NCBI GenBank assembly: GCA_002269645.1
Contig: NIVC01003461.1
Location: 32,756-96,755 of the forward strand
Length of the DNA: 64,000 nucleotides
Source of the DNA: Macrostomum lignano
Lineage: Eukaryota
Direction: 5' to 3'
Positions 49,593 to 62,169 of the stretch are shown one piece after another; position 1 is the first letter of the stretch, and each line of letters opens with the position of its first letter. The notes beneath the pieces are model-generated. The model saw only the letters and a list, made by a program, of their open reading frames with translations. It made no database searches and was not told the origin of the DNA. The translations under genes were made by a program, and so were the position numbers.

Positions 49593-51755
49593 TACCCCAG
49601 TTGAAATACCCCAGTCATTTCATCATCTGCCATTTCATCATCTGGGTGTCTGGGGTGCTCACCTCAACTATGGTCACTTCGACACTTTGTCATCTTAATG
49701 GATTCAACCTACTTTGGCAAAGGAATTTTTGGTGAAAGTCAATAATGACAAAAAAGACTTGCAGTGACCATTTCATCTAAAATTGATCCACTTTGGCAAA
49801 GGGTTATTTTTATTATTGGCAAAAGGCAAGCAATTATGCATTATATGCAGAGTAATTGTAACAAATTTAAAAATTGGTATCTATAAATAAAAAACAATTA
49901 AAATGAACAAATTGAGCAATTAAAATTGATTACTAAAATTAAAAGTCATTTGGGCCAAGACATTTAAAATAAAGTTAAATATATCCATTGTCATTGTACG
50001 TGTATTACAAAGTTAGGGTGCATTTAGGCAACTACACTTCTCCAACGGATGTTGATATTTTGTGGCCTAGCCTGGCCAGCTGTGGCCTGGGCTGGGCCAC
50101 AGCTTGATCACTTAATATAACAACTACATAATAATATTTTGCTGTAACCAGTTAAACAGGCAAACGAAATTTATATACCTGTTCTTCTAATCAAAATTTA
50201 ATCTAGATCAGTTAATAAAAAAGATTGAAGATTTTTACACATTCCTATAGGTGCTTTTTTCAAGAGAAAATCATCTTTTCAAAATGGACTTATTATTAGA
50301 AATGTGAATTATGGCTATTAAGACATTGACTTTGACATTGAGCCAACTGTATTAAGATTGCTTGCTTCCTATATGCAGCCTGCCTGTGTCCTACCTGTAT
50401 CTACCTATTTCTTGTACCTATACCTATACCTGTACTTGTACCTATATTTCTTGTACCTGTTTCTACCTAAATTCTTGTTTCTTCATGTTCTGTTTATTAT
50501 TGTCTATATTTTTGTGCTGAAGGTAGAATACCTAGGCCTATTGTTATCTATCTAGAATAAATATATCTAGTACGTGAAGAACATGAAATTCTTGTTCCTT
50601 CATGTTCCATTTATTACTGTCTATATTTTTGTGCTAAGTAGAATACTTAGTTATTATACTACTACCCTTAAACATTTAGGGTCCATGAAGAACAGAAAAT
50701 TCTTGTTCAAGGCATTATTGTTTTCATTTTTTGTGCTGAAAGTAGCCTATTATTAACCTTCTACTTGTAGACTAAGCATCTATGGTCCATGAATAACATG
50801 AACTATATGCTTATGCTACGTTTTTAATTTTTTCTAGGCTTTTATCGGGGATCTGTATTACAAATTTTTGCCCAATAGGCCATTGCTGGATTTCATTCCT
50901 AAAGATATTGTTGTCAGCATTGAACTGTCTATCTGCTGCCTGTGTCCGTGGTGCTGCTAGTATCCTTGGCATAAAATTTGCTACTGCAAAATTCAAATTG
51001 TGAAAGGTACTTTATTTCAATACCTGACTGAAGATAGTAATGCACTTGCATACAGTAATGGTATAGGCTAGCCATCTTTCACACTCAAAGTATGGAAGCT
51101 GATTGCCATCAGGATTTTTTAAAGCAGTGCAAGGCTATAGAAGCGGGTAAGGTGTGGCTTGAAAGCAATGGATGGAAGGTTGTTGACAAGGAAATATGTT
51201 GGCTGTCTATTGTGAAACACAAATCAAAGGCATTGAGGCATCTTGAATTGGCCTCATTGTCTTTGCCAGTGGAATTAATTTCTATATTGAACATTTCTAT
51301 CGCCTGCATTCAGCAGTTGCAAGCCAAAATTTGTGTAGCTATAAAGGTACACAACATGTATAAGTATCTTTTTGCCAAGATGGTTAATTTCTTTCACCAA
51401 AATGTGCATCTATGTAGACGAAAAATTCATCTTCACCAAAATGTCTTTCGCCAAAAGTTCCTTTGCCGAAATGGGCTGCACCCATCTTAATTAGCATGCA
51501 CTACCTGAAGAGAGTCATTTCATCATCCATAAATCATATTATTAATATTAGTTTCAACTTCAAGTGAATTAATGTGGCAATCAAACATATTTACTTTGAA
51601 CCCTTATGATCCCAGTCATTTTGTCATCTCAATTGATAAAACCTATCAATCGATCAGTTCTGCTTGCCGCAGCTTATAATTATTATTAAACAAAAAAACT
51701 GTTTACACTAACTTAACTCCCACAAAGATGATTGGTTGATGACGAAGTATCCAAC

Positions 51756-52057
51756 CAGGGTTTTTTGTGCGCAGAGTGTGTGTATGCACCCTAAATTTTA
51801 AAATCGCACCCTGAAATTAAAAAAGTAGGTGCGGCACTGCCTTAAATATGAAACAAAATAACTCTTAAAATCCAATTAAGTCATATAGGCAATATAGCCT
51901 ATGGCTATAGTATAGCCTTATGTAAGATATTAAAATATACATTCCCAGTTGTCTGAAACAAGACTCAAGAGAAGTTGCACTCTGAGCCTTAAAATTGCAC
52001 CTTGAAATTTGGCACAAGGTGCGATTTAGCACCTTGTCTCTGGCGAAAAAAACCCAG
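51756..52057. mobile_element. hAT-type MITE, 302 bp
   Basis: Ends CAGGGTTTTTT...AAAAAAACCCAG; perfect 8-bp TSD tatccaac at 51748-51755 and 52058-52065. Confidence 0.85.
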
Positions 52058-52972
52058 TATCCAACATAACTAAATATTTGGTCACTTCGTCATATTATTT
52101 TTCAAGCTACTTTGCTTCTGGTCACTTCGTCATCCGATATGACGAAATGGAATAGGCCCTATAACGATCTGACCAGTGACCGCACAACTGTGGATATCGG
52201 CATAGCCTGTAAGTGTAAGCAAAAATATTTAGATAGATATATAATATACTTTACTCCCTGTCTGAAATTAAAACTGCGGGACAACTTTGTTTTTACTGAA
52301 AATGCAACTTAGTTTGCATTAAGTGCACTAAGCAAGTAAATCCCACTTGTGCTACGTAGTAACGTAAGATACGTGCAGTGTGCATTCATTTACAATTAAA
52401 TATAAATTTCAGATACAAGTTTTTTAATGTTTTAAATTAATGCATTGTTTAAGTAGGTATTTGTTAGGCCTAGCAAAATACGTTTTTATTTTTATCAACA
52501 CAAGCTTTTTGTAAGGTGATTCCATGTTACTTTTATTTTCTAAAAAGCGTTGCTAACTCCACATTTACAAATTTAACATTGTTTTAAATAACGAAAAACA
52601 AGCCACAAAAAAATCAGGAAAATTAAGGTTTAAAATGCAAAAAATATGGTATGTATTCTATATATAATACAGCAATTATTTTTGCTGTATTTACGTCATT
52701 ATGGTTTAAAATAAAATTAGGCAACTGTGGCGGTGACGCCACACGCGCGTATGCGCTCCAGCAGCCACCCCCAACCCCGGCCGGGGAGGCCGGCGCTATG
52801 TGCACGGTCGCTGTGCGTTGATTGGCTGCCCAGCGTACACCGCTGGCCTATATAACTTTAGACTTTTGTCTCGCGCGCCTCCACCCTGCTACTTCAAATA
52901 AATTTACGTGGCTTAACTCGCCACATTGGTCAGCCCGACTCTCAACCGCCTGTTTGAGAATAACTCCTCAGT

Positions 52973-53665
52973 ATGTCAACTGAGTCTGCGGTAGCCCTCA
53001 AGCTGCCCACGTTCTGGGCCAGCCAGCCTCGCGCCTGGTTCATCCAGGCAGAGGCGCAATTCGTCCTCCGCAACATCACGCAAGATGCTACCAAATACTT
53101 TCACCTCGTAGCCGCGCTGGACCAGCAGTCAGCCGAGCGCCTGCTGGACGTGCTTGAGACACCGCCGGCTGAGAATAAGTACTATACTCTCAAGGCCCGC
53201 CTCCTCGGCACATTCGGCCTGACACAGCAACAGCGTGCCAGCCGGCTGCTCAACCTGGCCGGCCTCGGTGACCGCCGCCCGTCCGAGCTCATGGACGAGA
53301 TGCTGGCCCTGCTCGGCAACCATCGGCCCTGCATGCTCTTCGAGGAGCTTTTCCGCCAGCAGATGCCGGCCGACATTTGCATGGCACTCGTCTCCGTGGA
53401 TTTCGCTGACCCGCGCGCAGTTGCTTGACTCGCGGATGAACTCTGGGCGAGCAGGGCACAGCCCGCGGCCACCGCCACCCTGCCGCCAGAGCACCCGCCG
53501 GTAGTTGCTGCCACCGCCCGCCCGGCTTGCGCCAAGCCGAAGCAGCACCAGCCGAGGGAGGCCGACGGCCTCATCTGTTTCTTCCACCGGAAGTTCGGCG
53601 CCAAGGCCCGGCGTTGCGAGCCGCCCTGCCAGTTCTCGGGAAACGGGCCGGCCGGCCGTCAGTGA
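52973..53665 (+). pseudogene. gag: Gypsy gag with a premature TGA at 53426-53428
   Basis: LKLPTFW...WFIQAEAQF. The frame resumes after the stop (LADELW...[18 protein letters not shown]) and ends at TGA 53663-53665. Confidence 0.9.
53638..53660 (+). promoter_or_regulatory. -1 ribosomal frameshift site of gag-pol
   Basis: Slippery heptamer G GGA AAC in the gag frame (53638-53644), followed by GC-rich gggccggccggcc; pol is in the -1 frame. Confidence 0.8.
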
Positions 53666-56600
53666 ACGCCTCGACGGCCGGCAGCAACAACCTCCTGCTC
53701 ATCCCCGACGTGGCCACGGGCCGGCGCTTCTTGGTCGACACCGGCGCTGAGGTGAGCATTTTTCCTGTCTCGGGGGTAGACGCCCGCTCGCACACACCCG
53801 GCCCGCCGCTTTTCGCGGCCAACGGCAGCCCGATCCGGACGTTCGGCAGCCGGACGCTGACGCTCGACCTCGGCGTCAAGGCCTGCACCTGGCCGTTCAT
53901 CCTGGCCGAGTTGTCACGGCCGTTGATCGGCGCGGACTTCCTGCGGCACCTCGGCCTACTGGTGGACATGCCAAACCGCCGTCTGCTCGACACTAGCTCG
54001 CTGTCCAGCTCCCACCTGCTGCTCGGGTCCGGCCTGGCACCTCAGCTCGCCGCCGCCGTCGCTGGGGACCCGTACAGCCAGCTGCTCGCGGAGTTCCCGA
54101 CGCTGACGGAGCCGAGTTTCCAGAAAGCCCGGCCGCTCCACGGGGTCCAACATCATGTTTCTACGACGGGCCCCCCTGTCCACGCCCGGGCGCGCCGCCT
54201 GCCGCCTGACAAGCTGGCGGTGGCCAAGGAGGAACTCGGCAACCTGGAGCAGCTGGGCATCGTGCGGCGGTCCTGCAGCCCCTGGTCGTCGCCGCTGCAC
54301 ATGGTGCCAAAGGCCTCCGGGGGTTGGCGGCCCTGCGGCGATTTCCGGCGGCTCAACGACGCCACGGTGCCCGACCGCTACCCGGTGCCACACATTCAGG
54401 ACTTTTCTGCGCGGCTGTCCGGGTGCAACATTTTCTCCAAGATCGACCTGGTGCGGGGCTACCACCAGATCCCGGTTGCCGAGGCCGACATCGCCAAGAC
54501 GACCGTCATCACGCCATTCGGCCTGTTCGAGTTTCTCCGGATGCCATTCGGACTCAAAAACGCCGCCCAGGCCTTCCAACGGCTGATTGACACGGTCTGC
54601 CAGGGCTTGGACTTCGTGTTCGCCTATATCGACGACTTCCTAGTGGCGAGCAGCGGCCCTCAGCAGCATCTGGAGCACCTGCGCACGCTGTTTCAGCGCC
54701 TGGCAGACAACGGCCTCCTCATCAATCCAGCCAAGTGCCAGTTTGGCCGCAGCGAAATCGACTTTCTAGGCCACCGCATCGACAGCCGGGGCGCGATGCC
54801 GCTGCCAGACAAAGTCGAAGCCATCGCCCGATTCGCTCCGCCCGCGACCGTCAAGGGCCTGCAAGAGTTTGCCGGCATGGTGAACTTCTATCACCGGTTC
54901 GTGCCGCGGGCCGCCCAGTTGCTGCGCCCCATCTACGGTGCCCTGGCCAGCAAGGACAAGATCGTTCAGTGGACACCGGAGCTGACGGACGCCTTCAACA
55001 GCACGAAGCAGGCCCTGGTTGACGCGACCATGCTTGCGCACCCGGAGCCCGACGCCCTAACGGCGCTGACGGTCGACGCCTCGGACACCGCCATCGAGGC
55101 GGTTCTGGAGCAGCGTTTCGGCGAGGCCTGGCGGCCACTCGCCTTCTTCAGCCGCCAACTGCGACCGGCTGAACAAAAGTACAGCGCGTTCGACCGGGAG
55201 TTACTCGCTCTCTATCTGGCCACGCGGCATTTCCGCTACTTTTTGGAAGGCCGCATCTTCACCGCCTACACCGACCACAAACCCCTGGTCGCGGCCATGG
55301 CCAAGTTGTCGGATCCCTGGTCAGCGCGCCAGCAGCGGCACCTCGCATACGTGTCGGAGTTCACCACCGACATCCGGCACGTGGCGGGCAAGGACAATCC
55401 GGTGGCCGACGCCCTGTCCCACTGCACCATCGCCTCTGTGCAGCCGCTGCTCCCCGGCATCGACTACGCGGCCCTGGCACGCGCGCAGCGAGCAGACGAT
55501 CCCGCGCTCGCCGGCACCGGCCTGCGGCTCGAGCGCGTGACGTTGCGTCCCGGCCTGGAGGTCATCTGCGACACCGTGACCGGCCGCCCGCGCCCGCTGG
55601 TGCCCACCGACTTCCGCCGCGCCGTTTTCGACGCAGTCCACGGCCTGGCGCACCCGTCCGTACGCAGTACGCGGCGCCTAGTGTCCGAGAAGTTCGTGTG
55701 GCCGGGAATCAACAGGGACGTCGGCCAATGGGCTCGCAGCTGCATCGCCTGCCAGACGGCTAAGGTGCAGCGCCACGTGACCGCCCCGCCCGCCAGCATC
55801 CGGGTGCCCAGCAGCCGTTTCGCGCACGTCCACATCGACCTTGTCGGACCGCTGCCGCAGTCCCGCGGCTTCACGCACCTGCTGACCGTCGTCGACAGGT
55901 TCTCCCGCTGGCCGGAGGCTTTCCCCTTGGCCGACACTTCCGCTGCCTCCTACGCGTCCGCTTTCATCGCCGGTTGGATCGCCCGCTTCGGCGTGCCCAG
56001 TGACGTCACGTCCGACCGCGGCTGCACCACACCACCGCTTTTCACCCACAGGCTAACGGCCTGGTGGAACGCTTCCCTGATGGCGCGCCTGACCGGACCG
56101 ACTTGGACCGACGAGCTGCCCTGGGCGTTGCTGGGCATCCGCACGGCTCCCAAGGAGGACATCGGCGCCTCCTCGGCCGAGCTGGTCTACGGCGCCCCGC
56201 TGACGGTACCGGGAGAATGCCTGCAGGCCGCGCCACCCGAGGGCTCTTACGACCAGTTCCTGGCCCGGCTACGCAGCGCGGTACAATCGTTCCGGCCGCC
56301 CGATCCAACCTCGCGTCATGGCCGCGTCGCTGCCTCCGTGCCTGCTGCCCTGGAGTCCTGCACGCACGTCTTCATCCGCCGCGACGGCCACCGGCCATCT
56401 CTGCAGCGGCCGTACTTCGGGCCCTTCAAGGTCCTTGAGCGCGGAGACAAGACCTTCCGCCTCGACCTGGGCACGCGGCAGGATCACGTGGCAGTGGACA
56501 GACTCAAGCCTGCGGCGCTCGATCTCGGCGAGGCGATTCCGGCTCCGGCTCTGCGGCCACAAGGCCGCCCCCGCCTGGACGGCCGGCCACAACTGCCACG

Positions 56601-56949
56601 TGGTGGAGACCCTCCGTTTGCAGCTGCGCACCCGCAAGCGCCGCCGGGGCTCCCACCGACGCGCCTCCCACCAGTGCAAGCGACCCGGCCTCCAGCGTCT
56701 GGTCGCCGCCAGCTTCCGCCTCGCCGGTGCCGCCCGACGCGGTTTCGGTCCAGGCCAGCGCTGGGGGGAGCCATGTGGTGGTCACGCCACACGCGCGTAT
56801 GCGCTCCAGCAGCCACCCCCAACCCCGGCCGGGGAGGTCGGCGCCATGTGCATGGTCGCTGTGCGTTGATTGGCTGCCCAGTGTACACCGCTGGCCTATA
56901 TAACTTTAGACTTTTGTCTCGCGCGCCTCCACCCTGCTACTTCAAATAA
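53638..56949 (+). CDS. pol: Gypsy pol (protease, RT, RNase H, integrase with internally deleted core)
   Basis: LVDTGA, YIDD, VDASD...ELLA, HHCC zinc finger, HIDLVG...SDRG. The segment between SDRG and SLMA is deleted and frameshifted. Confidence 0.92.
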   Translation, partial: GKRAGRPSVNASTAGSNNLLLIPDVATGRRFLVDTGAEVSIFPVSGVDARSHTPGPPLFAANGSPIRTFGSRTLTLDLGVKACTWPFILAELSRPLIGADFLRHLGLLVDMPNRRLLDTSSLSSSHLLLGSGLAPQLAAAVAGDPYSQLLAEFPTLTEPSFQKARPLHGVQHHVSTTGPPVHARARRLPPDKLAVAKEELGNLEQLGIVRRSCSPWSSPLHMVPKASGGWRPCGDFRRLNDATVPDRYPVPHIQDFSARLSGCNIFSKIDLVRGYHQIPVAEADIAKTTVITPFGLFEFLRMPFGLKNAAQAFQRLIDTVCQGLDFVFAYIDDFLVASSGPQQHLEHLRTLFQRLADNGLLINPAKCQFGRSEIDFLGHRIDSRGAMPLPDKVEAIARFAPPATVKGLQEFAGMVNFYHRFVPRAAQLLRPIYGALASKDKIVQWTPELTDAFNSTKQALVDATMLAHPEPDALTALTVDASDTAIEAVLEQRFGEAWRPLAFFSRQLRPAEQKYSAFDRELLALYLATRHFRYFLEGRIFTAYTDHKPLVAAMAKLSDPWSARQQRHLAYVSEFTTDIRHVAGKDNPVADALSHCTIASVQPLLPGIDYAALARAQRADDPALAGTGLRLERVTLRPGLEVICDTVTGRPRPLVPTDFRRAVFDAVHGLAHPSVRSTRRLVSEKFVWPGINRDVGQWARSCIACQTAKVQRHVTAPPASIRVPSSRFAHVHIDLVGPLPQSRGFTHLLTVVDRFSRWPEAFPLADTSAASYASAFIAGWIARFGVPSDVTSDRGCTTPPLFTHRLTAWWNASLMARLTGPTWTDELPWALLGIRTAPKEDIGASSAELVYGAPLTVPGECLQAAPPEGSYDQFLARLRSAVQSFRPPDPTSRHGRVAASVPAALESCTHVFIRRDGHRPSLQRPYFGPFKVLERGDKTFRLDLGTRQDHVAVDRLKPAALDLGEAIPAPALRPQGRPRLDGRPQLPRGGDPPFAAAHPQAPPGLPPTRLPPVQATRPPASGRRQLPPRRCRPTRFRSRPALGGAMWWSRHTRVCAPAATPNPGRGGRRHVHGRCALIGCPVYTAGLYNFRLLSRAPPPCYFK

Positions 56950-59399
56950 ACTTTATGTGGCTCAACTCGCCACACAACAAATTTAATTTGGTCCTATTTA
57001 GGCAACTGCAATCGACAGAGGTTTGAAGACGACATACATGTATGTAATTTATCTATTATCTGTTAGTATAATGTCCAATGAAAAAAGATGGTATATAGAT
57101 GGTACTTTACCAGCTACATGTACATATCTTCCTAAAAAATAAATGCACTAGTACACAATGCTTGCTAAACCAAATCACAAAATATAGTCCACATTAAAAA
57201 AGCCCGGTCAATTAGGAATCAGATGCACGCGATAATTGTGTACTTGATTGCCTTTCCGCGCGTGTGCTGCGTTAACGTTCCGACCACTGCTGCCCCGTAC
57301 CAGTCGTACCAGTCACAATTACTATCGGAAACGGACGTAAGCCAAAAAATATTCGCAAGGACTGCTACTTAACAAACACAACTGAAATATTCTACGGTAT
57401 ACCTTTCAATGCAAGCTGAAACACCTTACGATCCTCGACTTTCTCGAGCTTCCCGAACAGCTTCAACATAAGCTAGACGATCCCTTGCATTAAAACAGCA
57501 TGCGCATTTATAGTGTCCCGACCCTTAATGCGTACATCACATACATGTAGGCCAATCCACGGCATTATGGCCAAGGACCACTAGGAAGTTACAACGGGAA
57601 CTTCTAGTGGTATGATGGCTCATGGCAACTGAACCTATAAAAAACAACTGGAGATATGTTCAAAAAACAGGTAAAACTAATCGCACAATGTTACTAACAG
57701 TAGGTGACCTTGATGAAAACTGCAGGACGAGCGCTTCATAAAATTTTAAGAGAGTCCTTTATTATATACAATATGCGTGTACTAGTATGTTACATGTACA
57801 ACCAAGTTAAGCATGAATCAAAGCTTAATTTTTAGATTGATATAAAGATAATTGATTATACATACTCGCGGATGCTATCGGATCTTCATACTCATAAATG
57901 GGATTGGGCAAACTTCATCATGTAAATGCAACATGCAGTCTTACATTATTACCAAGTTAGTTTTAAAATTATATATACATGTACATGTAACTGCATGTAA
58001 TTTACATGTAACATGGATATATTTTGCCTAAATTAAGTAATTACATGTATAGGACTCGATTATTCACGCAAATAAATTAATTATTTTGAGTTCATAATAC
58101 GAGAAATTATATGCATGATATTCAATTAAGTTATTATAGCATGCACATGAAGCATATAAGCCACTTTTTTCATAAGTGCCTAACTTTAATTGCAACATTA
58201 AAATTAGCACTCCATATATAATCATCGGTAAAAATAACGCTTGACCTTCTACTACCGCGAATGTCTGAAATAATAAATTACCCGCGCACTGCAGAATTCG
58301 GCAGTGAGTGTCAGTGCCAAATTTGGCTCAGATCACTCCACTCCTCTGCAGACCAGGCTGTTTACAACAAAGCAGTGTTTTTTTCAAGTGTAAATTTCCA
58401 AAAATAATTATAGCTAATATTCTTTACATTGTATGAATATGCGAATTCGTCTGCTGATCTTTCCCAGCCCGAATGCGAATCTGACGAAACAAAAATACTT
58501 CTGCAACGAGTCACGTGCAGCAACTACCGATTAGAAAAGTTGAACGCAAAATCTGTCAGTCCCCCCTCCGGCTGCACGCGGTGCGCTCACAGCTATTAGA
58601 CAGCGGGGGACTGCACAAGAAACGGTCCAGGCAGCAACCCCAATGGCCCCTAGACCTAGAGAGAGAGCCAAAGCAGTCCCTTAGTTCAATCCTAAGTGCT
58701 ATTTTACAGCGAAATCAGCTGACCAGAAAGTGAAACGAAAGTTAGGTTGGGGGGGTAGGAAGGTGGGCTGCAGTTTGTTGAGCCACGTGAAGCAAAGTTG
58801 CTCTGCTGCAAAATGTCAGGCCATACGGGGGGAATGGCCGAGAACGATCGTGCGTACTTGGGTACAGGCCCAATCTGTATGCTTATTCAAACCGTTGGCT
58901 GCACATTTGTATTTGCTGCTGCGTGCACAGTACGCGCGCTTATTAACAATAAGGGTAAGGCAGGAGGAAAACACACCATTTCTGTTGCTCTCACCTGACA
59001 CAAAGGAAAATACTCCTTGCATGCAGTCCCTCAGCTCTCTCTACCTACGCAGTGTCTCTTGTCCTTCAGTTAAGCCAAAAGCCGTTTGAACTCATTATAC
59101 ACAATTGTTGATGGTTGGAAAATTACTAGAGACGATGCTGAATGCTGCAATACACTCTTCTGCAAGATTTTCTTTCGACTCAAAAGCGAAACCATAAATG
59201 ATAAAATGCTAATTTAGTGTACAAAGTATTGTAACTACAATGCAATACACATAGACGCTGTTCTCAACAGCTCACTGCATGTATAATCAGAATCAGGGAC
59301 AAATGCACCCGGAAACATTAACAACCCAAATGGCGATAAACATCTATACTATCCCCAGGACATTATCCCCAGGGCAGCGGCTTCAGGACAGCGAAATCC

Positions 59400-59600
59400 A
59401 AAGGACAAGGGCCTCCCTAAACGTGTGACCCCCCAAAGGACAGCGCCCCCTGAAAGAGTGACTCCTTCATAGGACAGCGCCCCCCTAAAAGAGTGGACCC
59501 CCAAAGAACAGGGCCTCCCTAAGACAGTGACCCCCCTAAAAGACAGTGACCCCCCTAAAAGACAGTGACCCCCCCCCCTAAAAGAGTGACCTCCCTAAAG
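59400..59600. repeat. Degenerate ~19-20-bp C-rich tandem repeat (ccccctaaaagacagtga-like)
   Basis: Direct inspection. Confidence 0.7.
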
Positions 59601-61833
59601 GGCGCCCCCAAACGAATTTGCCGCCCCCACCATCAAAGCGAACCCAGAATTCGGCACTGCTTACAATGAAGCCTAATTAAGAGCCCCTATATATGTAGAA
59701 ACTGTGTAAATAAAACTAAAAGTCTAGCTGAACTTGCAGGTTCCTCCAACGCAACACAGAGGAAACGCGTCATAGATGGATGAGTCACGTACGCGTACAG
59801 CTGCTCGTGTGACATCCGGATTGCAATGGAGCTGATTGGGTTGGGATAATTAGCATGCACACTTGCAGAGGGTATACTTTGACGCACACGACAGCGCGGC
59901 TTTGTCCTCCAACAGTAAACTGTCAAAACTTCGTCCCGGTCCAGGCACGCGTGACCCAGGCATTTCCTGGCTCCCAGGCACCGCACAGAGGGTTTGGTTG
60001 GATTTGTCCACTCGATCGTCAATAAACGACTTGAGCCTCGATAGATCCGCCCCCCGCTGCCCTGTCCTCGAGATCCGGAAAAGATTTCGTCATTTTCAAT
60101 CATGCAAACCGCTCGTGTTCACACGCTATGCAGTGCGGAGTAACGTGTTCCCTTACTGTACATGGGATCTCTGACTTGGCCTGCTCAACCTAACTCAAAA
60201 CACAAGCTAAATATTTATTGTTTCCGGTCTTTCGAAGAAAGTAGAAAAAAAGCCCAAATCCACAGGAGGACCCTGGACTTGAAATCCGACGCACTGCGAA
60301 ATTCCTTGCTTGCATTTGGTATAGAAAAAAGAGCCAAGGAACTGATACACGCGTCTCGAAAATTAACAGGGCTCAGCTTAGAAGTCTGCTGGAGAGCGCT
60401 GAAGCAACATGAACCCAAATTTGAATTCCATTTCTGAAGTTGCATTTCATACTTGAACTAGTTTGCTGACAGACACTAGCTGACTCAGCGTCCCAAGTAT
60501 TAATGAACAAGTCAACAACAATGTACTTTTAAATCTACTAGAAAGCCAACCATTTGCCTGTCAGATTTCTTATCTTGATTAAATTGAACCCTGGAAACAC
60601 AGACACACAATCTACCTTCAGCATTATTCTACACTGAAAGAAAAAACTCAAAATCTTTATCTAAAGTTCATTTGTTTTTCCCAGCAAATTCAGCTGAAGG
60701 CTTAGCGGGAAGAGAATGTCAGTAATGTATTTCTTTTTTCATTTTATTTTCCTCTTATCTCACGAAAATGGGGGCCTCGCGATAGGCAAAAACACACATG
60801 GTTCCTCAACGGTCAACATAAACGAAAGTTCGAATGGACAAAATGGGAGGCTCGACTCCTGACAGTAATTAGAGGGTTCAACTTTGCCAAAAAACCCACA
60901 TGACCCCTCATAACAGATAACAAGCAACAGACAGACCAAATGCCGCTGTGGTCCCCAAATTAACAAACTCAATTGGCAAACTCAAACAGAATTTGTCAGC
61001 AAAAATGCCTTCAAACGAATTCACATTATTTAGCAATGTTATACGGGAGCTCAGAAGAAAAATGAAAATAGAGATATGATATGAAATGTAACTTAAGTTA
61101 TTCAGTAGTTAATGACACTGGCTTTTTATAAAACAAACAATGACTTAATTCACCAGGATGAAGCGCAGAGGCTGATTGGGAGGGTGGGAAATACAAAACA
61201 GTTTAACTTTAACGAAGCAACCGCCAACAAACCAAATTCAGACCGTGTTGACAATGCTAATAAAAACTAAAAATTACTAATTTATATAAGCAGCAAAGGC
61301 AAATAATTATATTATTTAACAAATTTTAATTACAAAAAGGCCTAGAAAAAGTAGCCGACCAATAAAGAATGACAACGGACAAACAGTGAAACTGAAACAG
61401 GAGAGTTTCTAATAATAATAATAAATGTTATAATCATTACCAAGGAGCCACTTCAATGGCACTCCTGCCTTCTTTTCCACTAAGCAAGCCAGTAAATTTT
61501 GGGCGATAAAAATGCCAAGTAGTTAGTCCCAAGTTAGATTTCGGCTTTAGAAAAGATCTTGTTTATGATTGGGAAAACAGGCGGATCCAATGGGGTGGGG
61601 GTCAAGGAGGTTGGCTGACCTCCATCCCACTAAAAAAATTAGACCAGCCTCTGATTGGCATAACCTGACTGTTTTTAAGTGATTAAAATAAAGCAACTCT
61701 CCCTGTCACTGACAGGATTGTGGATCATGGAAAATAAGGAAGTTTCAGGTTAGGAGAAGCAAATCATGTAACAGGGCCAGACACGCTAGTTGGTTAGTTC
61801 CAGAGTCTTAAGCCTGCACTGACTGGCTGGCTC

Positions 61834-62169
61834 TCAGATGTCCATTTCAAACTCAGTGCTGCCAGCAGTCTCTGGCTGCTTCTGAGTTGTAGGCTTGTCA
61901 CTATTTTTCTTATTGATATTGTTCTCTTTCTCCTCCTCAGGACAGGTGACTCCAGGGATGCGGGGCAGGTTGGCTGGCGGAGTCTTGGCCAAGGGGCTGT
62001 CACGACGGCTGATTAGAAAATCTCTATCATAGATAATGCGAGTGCCACCTGGGGTGGTACTGAAGATGGTACCGCCAGGTGTTTGGGAATAATCACGCGG
62101 CATCTGTGAGGTACTGGTGAGACGCACACGCCTGACTGGGATGCCATTAGCTTGACCTGCAACACTCAT
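61834..62169 (-). CDS. EIF4EBP: eIF4E-binding protein (4E-BP), intronless, 111 aa
   Basis: YSQTPGGTIFSTTPGGTRIIYDRDFLI (YxxxxL-phi motif), SPLAKTPP, C-terminal TOS motif FEMDI. Confidence 0.97.
   Translation of the reverse strand: MSVAGQANGIPVRRVRLTSTSQMPRDYSQTPGGTIFSTTPGGTRIIYDRDFLISRRDSPLAKTPPANLPRIPGVTCPEEEKENNINKKNSDKPTTQKQPETAGSTEFEMDI

Larger units (their letters stand above)
52726..56974 (+). mobile_element. Full-length Ty3/Gypsy LTR retrotransposon (LTRs 52726-52925 and 56774-56974, TSD CAAC)
   Basis: TG...CA LTRs of about 200 bp, 4-bp TSD caac, PBS-like tggtcagcccgac (52927-52939), PPT ctggggggagcca (56761-56773), domain order PR-RT-RH-IN. Confidence 0.98.

Noticed and set aside
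48914-51490. Short ORFs with LExNGWK words, possible TE relics
   Set aside because: Could not be assigned to any family; the similarity may be chance.
53129-56888. Many overlapping alternative-frame and antisense ORFs in the Gypsy element
   Set aside because: Expected by-product of very GC-rich coding sequence.
58515-60103. Several 60-140 aa ORFs between the Gypsy element and 4E-BP
   Set aside because: No recognisable motifs and no consistent exon chain could be built by eye.
60162-60437. ORF with KELIHASRKLTGLSLEVCWRAL, loosely like the EF-Ts N-terminal UBA motif
   Set aside because: Short similarity only; no continuing EF-Ts exons or convincing splice sites found.
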